Origin: Candidatus Thorarchaeota archaeon
Lineage (GTDB): Archaea > Asgardarchaeota > Heimdallarchaeia > Hodarchaeales > Hodarchaeaceae
DNA: 32,000 nucleotides
Direction: 5' to 3'
Assembly: GCA_048882505.1 (NCBI GenBank)
Contig: JBHLRO010000013.1
Span: 69,281-101,280 of the forward strand
Shown here: positions 19,797 through 27,766 of the stretch, piece by piece
Layout: each line of letters opens with the position of its first letter
Numbering within the stretch: the stretch's first letter is position 1
The notes under the pieces: generated by a model
Seen by the model: the letters and a program-made list of their open reading frames with translations, nothing else
Told to the model about the DNA's origin: nothing
Database searches by the model: none
Position numbers and translations under genes: made by a program

Positions 19797-20192
19797 AATC
19801 GTTTTTATTGGAAAATTATGGGTGATAGATTAGCGTCTGGCTCTTTGGGAGAGTGAAAAATAATGTCTTATTCAGAGATTAGCTAGCATATAACTCAAGA
19901 AAAAATATATCTTGCTGAGGGAGTATAATTGTTTGACAACGGAGATGATAACTTCAAACGCACTTTCTTACCGTGAAAGCATGATAACGCTTATAAAATC
20001 GCGAAAAAAGGATTGAGGGAGGAAAAACCAACCCTACAATGCGGTAGGATCTGATCTTTAATATTGGTCCGAGTAAATAGCTCATGGTTTATTGACCCCT
20101 CTGATAACCTAAAAGAATTCTAATTGTACGAATCGTTATATAGGCCACGTTTTTACATTTACAACTAGTGCATATGAGACAGGTCGAGGAAA

Positions 20193-21347
20193 CTGAAGAA
20201 TTGGAGTGCAATTGTATTGGCAGGCGGGGTTGGTTCCCGGCTTCGTCCGTTGACTGAAAACATCCCCAAGCCGCTCGTACCCGTTGCGAACAAGCCGATG
20301 ATAGATTATAGTTTAGAACTTCTTAGAAATAATGGAATCACGAGGAATATAATCATTGTAACGAAATTCATGGGGAATAAGATCAGGAGATACCTTGACC
20401 AAGCCGCCCAGTTCGATGACTTAGAATATATAATACCTAATGTGAACCCCGTGGGTACAGCAGATGCTGTACGTCTGGTCGCAGATTTAATTGACACAGA
20501 ACGCTTTATAGTGTCGATGGCTGACATAATTACAAATGTTCCAATTACAGACTTTCAAAAGTTTCACGAGGAAAAAAATAGTACGGCTAGTATAACGTTA
20601 AAAGATATTGCCTATCCTCGAGCTTTCGGAGTAATTATGCTTAATAAAGAATCTCGAATACTCCTATTCTTGGAGAAGCCACTTCCCCAAGAATTAAATT
20701 TTGTGACTTTAACGTTTGCCAAAAAACAAGCCATACGTCTCCAATCAAATCTCGTGAATACGGGACTATATTGTTTTAATCGAGAAATACTAGGAGTTCT
20801 CGATAGATTAACAGATCTTACGGACTTCGGAAAAGACATCCTCCCGTACCTCGCTCGGGAATATGGGGTGTACGGGTATGAAAGACGTGATTACTACTGG
20901 ATGGATGCTGGAAATCCTCAAACCTACCTATATTCTAACTGGGATGTTCTCCGTAGATGGGCGTTTCCTCATTTTCCAAGAGCAACGGCTGAAGAAAATG
21001 GTGTGTGGTATGAAGGTCCTCGTCCCGACTTTTCATCTTCTGTACAACTCCAGTTTCCATTAGTTCTTGGAAGAGATTTAGAACTCGGTGATAATACTAA
21101 AATTGGGCCGCTCACAGCGATAAGTGATAGAGTACGTATTGGTAAGGACACAACTATCGAGGCATCGGTAATATGGCACGATGTCCATATTGGTAGCAAG
21201 ACAACGATAAAGGAATCGATTGTGTGTAACGATGTAGTAATACCTGATGGTTCACATTTAGCACAAGGTACAGTAATTGCTCCTGGCGTCCATTTGACGG
21301 AACCCGTATCAACTCAAAAAGGGGAAATAATCAGGAAAATAGAATAA
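20193..21347 (+). CDS. Sugar-phosphate nucleotidyltransferase (mannose-1-phosphate guanylyltransferase-like) with C-terminal left-handed beta-helix
   Basis: AIVLAGGVGSRLRPLT...PKPL, GTADA, FLEKP, DFGKD, WMDAG and hexapeptide repeats. Start extended to CTG 20193 because the track's TTG 20217 cuts off the first beta strand. Confidence 0.9.
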   Translation: MKNWSAIVLAGGVGSRLRPLTENIPKPLVPVANKPMIDYSLELLRNNGITRNIIIVTKFMGNKIRRYLDQAAQFDDLEYIIPNVNPVGTADAVRLVADLIDTERFIVSMADIITNVPITDFQKFHEEKNSTASITLKDIAYPRAFGVIMLNKESRILLFLEKPLPQELNFVTLTFAKKQAIRLQSNLVNTGLYCFNREILGVLDRLTDLTDFGKDILPYLAREYGVYGYERRDYYWMDAGNPQTYLYSNWDVLRRWAFPHFPRATAEENGVWYEGPRPDFSSSVQLQFPLVLGRDLELGDNTKIGPLTAISDRVRIGKDTTIEASVIWHDVHIGSKTTIKESIVCNDVVIPDGSHLAQGTVIAPGVHLTEPVSTQKGEIIRKIE

Positions 21348-21352
21348 ATAGA

Positions 21353-22768
21353 ATGGCAACGAGATGGTTTGTAATGTCACCCGAGTCTTCTTCTAAACAT
21401 CTAGATCGACCTTACTTTCGGTGGGGAAGGATTATGGGGTTTTCGAACAAGGTACTAACTGTAGAGGTGGCGTCGCTTCTGGGTGGCGCTATGGGCACAA
21501 TTCTTGATCTAGATTCAATTGTCTTGATCGCGCGTGATTATCGTCGAGATTCTAGGGCGTTAAAAAGGGGTTTTTCTGGGGGACTTATGGCAAGCGGAAC
21601 TGAGGTGATTGATCTTCGAGCTACGCCGACTAGTGTCCTTCAATTTTCGATCCGACGATTTGGTGCTGATGCTGGAGTGATGTTTACTCGATCGCACAAT
21701 TTAGCAGGCATGGTTTCTATTCGATTATTCGATTATACTGGAATTGAATTTAATAGTCAAACAACTCGTAAGATTATTGATCTGGCCGAAAATCGGGATA
21801 TTAAATGGGTTAATCCATCAAACGTCGGCTGGTTAAGCGTAGCTGATGCCATGACTATTTATGGGAGGGCTGTAGCAGGATTCTTCGGAGAAAACAAGAA
21901 AGATCTCGAATCAGCACAGTTAAAAGTTGTTATCGACTGTGGTTGCGGCCCTGCTTCTTATATCTTGCCAGACTTAATGAGCGAGTTAGGATGTGAAGTT
22001 ATAACCCTCAACGCTCATCGTCCACGGAATCCCTTATTCCTTCCTAATCCTCAATCGCTTTTCCGGCTTAAAGAAACGGTCAGGGCGACAGGGGCGGATT
22101 TAGGGGTAGCTCTCGATGCAGAGGCACGACATGCCGTCTTCGTGGATAGCAGTGGAAAAACCCGAACTGCTGAAGAAACAGCTTTAATAATCCTGAACTC
22201 TAGATACAAATCAAATCCCCAAGCTACCGTGGTGATTGGAGACACGGTACACCCTTTGGCTTATCGGAAATTACCTAACAAGAAGGTTTTTGTGGGACAT
22301 GAAGAACCAGGCGAGGCAGCAAGAGCTGTGTTAGAGCATCGCGCCATTTACGGATTTAATGACACTGGTCTCAATATCCGCCCAGTTTTTTCCCCTGGTT
22401 CAGATGCTATAGTTACAACTTTAAGTATCATGACTGAACTCGCCCAGAGTTCTCTGAGATCGACTCAATTATTCGATAATTACGAGATTCCTTATCAAAA
22501 AAAGACTTCAATCGCTCTTCCTCTGAACAAAATGCTTTCTTTTTTCCGAACCGTCCTAAATCAGCCTCCTGATGGATTTATATGTGTCGATACATTTCTA
22601 GGCATCAAATTAATAACTCCAACCAGGGAATGGATCCATCTATCTCTGGGAGACGGAGATGACATGCTCCAAGTTGAAGTATATGATCCAAATGACAATA
22701 TCAACAGAAAGAATGATTTGTTAGACTTGGCTAGGATCCTCGTATCCAATCACGATCAGGATCAATAG
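21353..22768 (+). CDS. Alpha-D-phosphohexomutase-family protein with degenerate metal- and sugar-binding loops
   Basis: The family fold is supported by IARDYR, TRSHN and VVIDCGCG. The canonical DxDxDR loop reads DAEARH and the GEESG-type loop reads GFNDTG. Confidence 0.85.
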   Translation: MATRWFVMSPESSSKHLDRPYFRWGRIMGFSNKVLTVEVASLLGGAMGTILDLDSIVLIARDYRRDSRALKRGFSGGLMASGTEVIDLRATPTSVLQFSIRRFGADAGVMFTRSHNLAGMVSIRLFDYTGIEFNSQTTRKIIDLAENRDIKWVNPSNVGWLSVADAMTIYGRAVAGFFGENKKDLESAQLKVVIDCGCGPASYILPDLMSELGCEVITLNAHRPRNPLFLPNPQSLFRLKETVRATGADLGVALDAEARHAVFVDSSGKTRTAEETALIILNSRYKSNPQATVVIGDTVHPLAYRKLPNKKVFVGHEEPGEAARAVLEHRAIYGFNDTGLNIRPVFSPGSDAIVTTLSIMTELAQSSLRSTQLFDNYEIPYQKKTSIALPLNKMLSFFRTVLNQPPDGFICVDTFLGIKLITPTREWIHLSLGDGDDMLQVEVYDPNDNINRKNDLLDLARILVSNHDQDQ

Positions 22769-22800
22769 GTTTACCTGGAAGTTATACCATTGAAAGGAGT

Positions 22801-22901
22801 ATACCCCCAATAAAATCATTGGGTATTTTATTGAGCATTAAAATGCTTTTACGAGTAATTCCAATTCTTAATTGATATGCTTAAATACGAGAGACTCGTA
22901 A
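22801..22901. other. Cluster of inverted repeats (candidate terminator or structured leader)
   Basis: CAATAAAAT/ATTTTATTG (22808-22833), AGCATT/AATGCT (22834-22847), TTACGAGT/ACTCGTAA (22849-22901). Confidence 0.35.
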
Positions 22902-23005
22902 CTTAAACTGATGACTGATTTTGATTTAATATTATTGTTAGGAATTTTCCCAAGTCCTTCTCCCTTCTGATCTAGAAACCTTCGCTTGATTATGAGAGTT
23001 TAAAG

Positions 23006-23959
23006 GTGTATTTCTCTCCTGAAAGACGGATACCCGTTGTTATTGTAGGTTTAGAGGACGCAGGTAAAACAACTCTTTCTTTGCGGCTCAAAACGGGAGG
23101 TTTCAAGCATACTATGCCCACGGCGGGCCTGGATACAGAAATTCTTGAACTGGACGGAACCTTGTTTCAACTATTCGATCTCGGTGGACATGAAAGGTTT
23201 CGTCACTTATTATGGAAAAAGCACGTTCAACACTCGCAAGGGATCATCTATATAATCGATTCAAGTGCCGAGGCATCTGAAAAGCTGGATTCCTCAATTG
23301 AATGGTTGTGGAAATGTCTCAAATGGAATTTGGACGCGCCTCTCCTAGTCTTGGCCAACAAATCAGACCTGACCCACGTTCCGCTTGATTTAATTGTGTC
23401 AAAAATTCGATTAGATCAGTTACATGTTTTAAATCCTTCAAGATCATTTCAAGTTTTCGAAGTTTCTTGCTTAACAGGTCATAATATTTCCCGAGCTGTG
23501 ACATGGTTTTTCCAAAAAATAGCTCAAATTGTCCCGAATCAACAGATCCATATCGCAGGTATATATTTATACCTACCGACTGGAGTTCCAATAGAAACTC
23601 TTAATTTCTCAAACCGAGAAAAAAGCGGTCTTGATATTGACATGGTTCCGGGTTTTTTAAATGCTTTAGAGACGTTCCTGCAGGATGTAATGGGAGACGA
23701 AAGCCTGCATTCTATCTCTACTGACCGTCATCAAATTTTGATGGTGAAACATGATTCTCTTCTTTGTGCAATCGTTACTGATAAAGATTCGAGTCCTGCT
23801 GTAACAAGAATGGTTGCGGAATCTGTAATTAAATATATAGAAAATAGGTATGCAGAGAAATTAAGTCGTTTTAAAAAAGAAGGAATTTTCCAATTCCCAA
23901 AAGGATTTATTCTAGAATATCTCAATCATAACTTCGCAGAAAACATAAGGTATGGTTAA
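23006..23959 (+). CDS. Arf-family small GTPase fused to a C-terminal longin-like domain
   Basis: G1 GLEDAGKTT, switch I TMPTAG, G3 DLGGHERFRHLW, G4 ANKSD, G5 VSCLTG. The C-terminal ~130 aa (GIYLYLPTGVP...DMVPGFLNALETF...LLCAIVTD) has a longin-type pattern. Confidence 0.88.
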   Translation: MYFSPERRIPVVIVGLEDAGKTTLSLRLKTGGFKHTMPTAGLDTEILELDGTLFQLFDLGGHERFRHLLWKKHVQHSQGIIYIIDSSAEASEKLDSSIEWLWKCLKWNLDAPLLVLANKSDLTHVPLDLIVSKIRLDQLHVLNPSRSFQVFEVSCLTGHNISRAVTWFFQKIAQIVPNQQIHIAGIYLYLPTGVPIETLNFSNREKSGLDIDMVPGFLNALETFLQDVMGDESLHSISTDRHQILMVKHDSLLCAIVTDKDSSPAVTRMVAESVIKYIENRYAEKLSRFKKEGIFQFPKGFILEYLNHNFAENIRYG

Positions 23960-24013
23960 TTGGCCGAAAAGATTGCCATAAATTCAAAGCCCGATAAAGA
24001 TAGTGCCAGGATC

Positions 24014-24826
24014 CTAAACTAACTTGGAACCTGAACGAAAATTCCATGAATCATTTTGGTATCTTTTTATGCTGATCTCTGACGCAAGATCTAATTCCGC
24101 TTCTTCGAGCTTTTGGACTCTAGATTCAGTATTTATGGAGCTTCTTAATCGACTTATGATCATATTTGCGAGTTCTTCAGGCGTAACGCGGGCTTTTAAT
24201 TGCTCAGAGAGGGTTGTAACTTTTTGATATACCGATTCGATCATCGCTTCCTTGGTACGCCCAGGTCGAGCCTTGAGAACAGCGTACATTATTTCTGGGC
24301 GATAATCGATTAATATTGTTCCATGTTGGAGAATAACATCGCCAGAACGTGCCTGTGCATTTCCAGAGATTTTCCTACCTTTGGTAAATACGGAAGGACA
24401 GTGGATCTGATCGTAATCGAGGTGAAGTCCCATTTGTACTAGGGGCTCAAAAACAAAACTTGCCAGTTCATAATATTGGCTCTCCACATTTCTTGATTCT
24501 AGGTTTCCAACCTTTGTTGTGATACTATAGGTGAGTTCTCCCATTTCATCGTGGAAGACGGCACCGCCTCCAGAAATCCTACGGACAAAGTCAAAACCAT
24601 ATTTGTGTAATTTGCCAATATCAACTTCTCTTTCAACAGATTGGTGTCTCCCTATTGAAACAGTACTCGGCCGCCATCCATAAAATCTAATGGTATCGTG
24701 ACCTAATGTGGGATACTTCTGAAAAATCGCTTCATCCATTGCCATGTTTTTTGCGGCATTGTAAAACCCGAATTCGATAATCCTCCACTTGATATTCCGT
24801 AGTACGCTTTTCATCGGAAATTTCAA
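24014..24826 (-). CDS. Lipoate-protein ligase family catalytic domain (LplA/LipM-like)
   Basis: NMAMDEA, RRISGGGAVFHD, GRKISGNAQ, QHGTIL. Confidence 0.9.
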   Translation of the reverse strand: MKFPMKSVLRNIKWRIIEFGFYNAAKNMAMDEAIFQKYPTLGHDTIRFYGWRPSTVSIGRHQSVEREVDIGKLHKYGFDFVRRISGGGAVFHDEMGELTYSITTKVGNLESRNVESQYYELASFVFEPLVQMGLHLDYDQIHCPSVFTKGRKISGNAQARSGDVILQHGTILIDYRPEIMYAVLKARPGRTKEAMIESVYQKVTTLSEQLKARVTPEELANMIISRLRSSINTESRVQKLEEAELDLASEISIKRYQNDSWNFRSGSKLV

Positions 24827-25575
24827 TCGATTTCTAAGGGATTATCAGCATCTATAACGATGCCGCTCTTTGTAATCTCCATGGGGTGTATGCGCTGCGA
24901 GTGCTGCATGCCGCGCATTTTTACAATCTCTATCGTGCGAGCGCGAGCTGAATCTTTCAATATATATTGTAGATGAATGACGCCGTAACTCAAAAAATCC
25001 TCGGTACTGAAAAGCGGGTTGTATACATCCGTATGAGCCTCGGTTGTGTTCTCATATACAGCGATAGTGGTACATTTTTCCTCCCATAAAACCCCGATTA
25101 CCCTATGGAGTTCTTTACGGATTTCAAAATGGTCTCGAAATAACAATGAGAAAGTATTCAATGGATCAATTACAAGACGATTTACTCCGAGTTCTCGAAC
25201 TTCATCAATAATCTTCTGAGTGACATAATCTAAACTTGCTTCTCGAAGACGGGAAGCCTGTTGCATGATTCCCATTTCTGTCGAAGTAAAATCCAAAACT
25301 GATAGTTCTCCTAGCTTTTGGAGACCAGCTAAGTCCCACCCATAATTCATGAATATTGCCTGTAATGCTGGGAGGGGTTCATTAAAAGTAACAAGCATAC
25401 CAGGTATGTGGTATTTTAAAATGCCTTCTAAAAGCCATTGGACGGCTAATGTTGTCTTACCAACCCCCGCGCCTCCTCGCATGGCGATAAACCAACCCGC
25501 AGGTATACCTCCACCAAGAATCTTGTCAAGCGCTTCTATCCCTGTTTGACGGATATCGAGTTTAGGATTTGGCAC
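24823..25575 (-). CDS. Single-domain KaiC/RAD55-family RecA-type ATPase
   Basis: TGIEALDKILGGGIP, Walker A GGAGVGKT, Walker B LVID, EDFLSYGVIHL, IEIVKMRG; GTG start with a GAGGAG Shine-Dalgarno site. Confidence 0.9.
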   Translation of the reverse strand: MPNPKLDIRQTGIEALDKILGGGIPAGWFIAMRGGAGVGKTTLAVQWLLEGILKYHIPGMLVTFNEPLPALQAIFMNYGWDLAGLQKLGELSVLDFTSTEMGIMQQASRLREASLDYVTQKIIDEVRELGVNRLVIDPLNTFSLLFRDHFEIRKELHRVIGVLWEEKCTTIAVYENTTEAHTDVYNPLFSTEDFLSYGVIHLQYILKDSARARTIEIVKMRGMQHSQRIHPMEITKSGIVIDADNPLEID

Positions 25576-25888
25576 AAGCAGGTCTCCTCATATCGTGTAA
25601 CGTAATGCTATCATTGGCGCATCCTAGTAAAGAGTGGCGTTATTTCCCTAAGTATTACTGGATATTTAATAATCTTTTCGCGATTAGGGGAATTACGGGA
25701 GATTTAAAGGTATCTGTCACTAAACTAATCACGGGAAGATCATACAATACCTCAAGACTCGAGGAAAATTACCTCATATAACTCTGGATTAAATCCATAG
25801 TTTAAATTTATTTGGCAATAATAATCCGATCCTTCTTTTTATCAAGTATAAATAAGGTTGATTGGTAAATATCGGTGCTAGAATGGTT

Positions 25889-26098
25889 TCAATCCGCGAC
25901 CAGAGCATCAAATGGATCTTGCATCTTCGTCCCGCTTTCGCTATCTACTTGGTAAACCTTTATCTTAACCATTTTTCCTGTGAGATTCAGGAGTTCGACA
26001 TCCTTTTTTCGGATCTTCAAATGGTATCCATTAGCGCAACGACTTACCTTTGTTGTGAAAATAAGAATCGGTTCACTCTCATTCAATTCAAACACCAT
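25889..26098 (-). CDS. Small putative swapped-hairpin (AbrB/DUF2080-like) DNA-binding protein
   Basis: TTKVSRCANGYHLKIRKKDVELLNLTGKMVKIKV follows the beta-hairpin, helix, G-x-x-V-beta pattern of AbrB-type folds; ATG start. Confidence 0.55.
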   Translation of the reverse strand: MVFELNESEPILIFTTKVSRCANGYHLKIRKKDVELLNLTGKMVKIKVYQVDSESGTKMQDPFDALVAD

Positions 26099-26193
26099 GC
26101 GAGATTAATGAACTGGAGAAGCATCATGAAGGGAAAGCTGTTTATATCACTCTACACAAAATATTGACATATTCAATCTATAAATACATTTTC

Positions 26194-26219
26194 TTTCGTC
26201 AATGATTATTGCGACGAAA
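26194..26219. promoter_or_regulatory. Bulged inverted repeat upstream of the AbrB-like gene and downstream of the Rab-like gene
   Basis: TTTCGTCAAT-GATT-ATTG(CG)ACGAAA: a 10-bp stem with a 2-nt bulge. Operator versus terminator is unresolved. Confidence 0.3.
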
Positions 26220-26328
26220 AAGAGTTCATTAGAAGTTAATTTCTTACCATTCACGACGTTATTGGCCAATAGATAGACGATATGGACGGGGATGGTTACC
26301 TATTCTTCTGACCAGATTTTAACCAATA

Positions 26329-26871
26329 TTAAAAGTCACTTTGTGCTTGCAAACGCCGTTGAATATGTTCTACAATCTTTCTTGCCAATACGCTAAATGC
26401 TGCCTCAACTCCAGTGCCATCAAGAGCTGATGTTTCAACATACACCGCTTTGTAACGCTCTGCCGCATCAGCGCCATCGTATGACAAAACCTCTCTGCTG
26501 GTTTTTAGATCATACTTATTTCCAAACAGCATCAGTGGTACCTCGCCAGTTTTTTTGGTAAAATCCTCATACCATTTGTCTAATTCATGAAAAGTGGAAC
26601 CCCTGGTCAAATCGAAAGTCAATATTCCTGCGTGTGAGTGAAGATAATATTGAGGTCGAATAGTACGAAAAGAATCTTGACCACTTATGTCCCACAATTG
26701 CATGGTCATCCTGTTTCCTTCGCCCAGGTCTACTTTTTTGATCAAAAAATTAGATCCAACTGTTGTTAAGTAGTTATGGGAAAATGTCTGCTTGACGTAC
26801 CGACGAATCAGGGATGTCTTTCCTACTCCTCCTTCCCCTAGCATTACAACTTTACAGGTGTAATGAACCAC
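26329..26871 (-). CDS. Rab/Ras-like small GTPase without a C-terminal prenylation motif
   Basis: G1 GEGGVGKTS, switch I YLTTVGSNF, G3 WDISGQDSF, G4 GNKYD, G5 ETSAL; ends QAQSDF. Confidence 0.92.
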   Translation of the reverse strand: MVHYTCKVVMLGEGGVGKTSLIRRYVKQTFSHNYLTTVGSNFLIKKVDLGEGNRMTMQLWDISGQDSFRTIRPQYYLHSHAGILTFDLTRGSTFHELDKWYEDFTKKTGEVPLMLFGNKYDLKTSREVLSYDGADAAERYKAVYVETSALDGTGVEAAFSVLARKIVEHIQRRLQAQSDF

Positions 26872-27061
26872 GTGGTGACACCGACCTTGCCCGTCTGCTA
26901 ATAAACGTGTTTTTAAAGGGCGTTTAAGCGTCTTTATCGTATGAAAGTAATATACGGTCTTTACGTTTGTATAAAAACCAACCTACGACTAGGACGCTAC
27001 TCGTTCTGTATTATTCCGCACATGTTTAAAAAACCTAGAGTATTTCAATTGGAGAAACCAG

Positions 27062-27726
27062 ATGATAATCCAAAGATTTGTAACATCCATTGGGATTCGT
27101 ACATGGGTAATAGCTAGCATGAATCTCTCCCTAATACCACCATTAGGTTAATCTTTATCCCAAGTGACGTCAATAATTTATTCACTACTCCAAATTTCGG
27201 TTCCGACCTAGATTATCCTTTTATCAATTTCATTGCTATTATGGCGTAATTACAGCCGGAAGAAAGCCTGCTCTTTTTGTGGGGGATTGGGATTTCTCTC
27301 CCGCTTTTCATGGTTTTCTCCCAACTGGATGTTACAATGGTGGGGATTACAACCTTGCGGTTTACCGTATCTGGAAAATACGTTCAGGCTATGGTAATTT
27401 TCGCATGTTCAGGAATCTCTGGATTACTCCTCTTTGCTGACACATATTTGATAGTGATGCAGCTGACGACCTGCAAATCGATACTTAGAGGAACTCAGTT
27501 GGTCGTTTTTGCAGTGTTGGGCGCTTTGGGGGCCTACCTAGTAAATCGTGTCCGAATCCTAATCCTACTTGTGTTCTTACTTCATTTTCACCAATTTCTA
27601 GATTTTATTCATCTGTCCCTTGGCACCCTACTCTTCATCGTTTACTTTGTGGGATACTGGACAACAATATGGACGCATTTATCGAAAGTTGGTCAAATCA
27701 AAAAAAACATTCAAAAAATTGCGTAA
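27062..27726 (+). pseudogene. Archaeosortase/exosortase-family membrane transpeptidase with a disrupted 5' part
   Basis: The 3' frame (27277-27726) has Cys (FACSGISG), Arg (LVNRVRI) and His (DFIHLSLG) motifs in TM context. An SD-preceded ATG at 27062 opens a hydrophobic frame broken by TAA 27149 and TAG 27209, and a 1-nt frameshift near 27268 joins it to the catalytic frame. Confidence 0.65.
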
Positions 27727-27766
27727 AAAACGCTTATAAAGATTAATAGGTGTATGTGGGCAAAAC

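Noticed and set aside
20060-20140. tRNA-like TAGCTCATGG resembling a D-arm
   Set aside because: There is no acceptor stem, anticodon arm or GTTCRA T-loop at the proper spacing.
17197-20192. Canonical archaeal ORB origin boxes near oapABC
   Set aside because: No TTCCAGTGGAAAC-type element with a G-string was found, and there is no orc1/cdc6 gene in the window.
20193-21347. eIF2B gamma/epsilon-like or GlgC identity for the nucleotidyltransferase plus beta-helix protein
   Set aside because: The intact GxGxRLxPLT...PKP motif argues against a non-catalytic eIF2B subunit, and the phosphomutase context favours an NDP-sugar synthase. The exact substrate is not determinable.
22770-22920. Minus-strand stretch RVSRI*AYQLRIGITRKSILMLN faintly resembling the AbrB-like protein
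   Set aside because: It has no start codon, several stops upstream, and similarity too weak to separate from chance.
24823-25575. Circadian clock KaiC
   Set aside because: It is a single domain without the CII Ser/Thr phosphosite context, and no kaiA or kaiB is nearby.
25640-25798. Minus-strand frame MDLIQSYMR*FSSSLEVLYDLPVISLVTDTFKSPVIPLIAKRLLNIQ* as another interrupted gene
   Set aside because: It has no motif and no SD site, and it conflicts with the plus-strand echo in the same bases.
25862-26167. 101-aa plus-strand ORF
   Set aside because: It is antisense to the 69-aa ORF, which has a recognisable fold pattern and matches the orientation of its neighbours.
17353-27211. Possible stop-codon reassignment suggested by in-frame TAA/TAG in the zinc-finger and archaeosortase ORFs
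   Set aside because: TAA and TAG terminate many intact genes at their natural ends here (zupT, asnS, oapA, mscS), and the archaeosortase also needs a frameshift. Decay or error is the simpler explanation.
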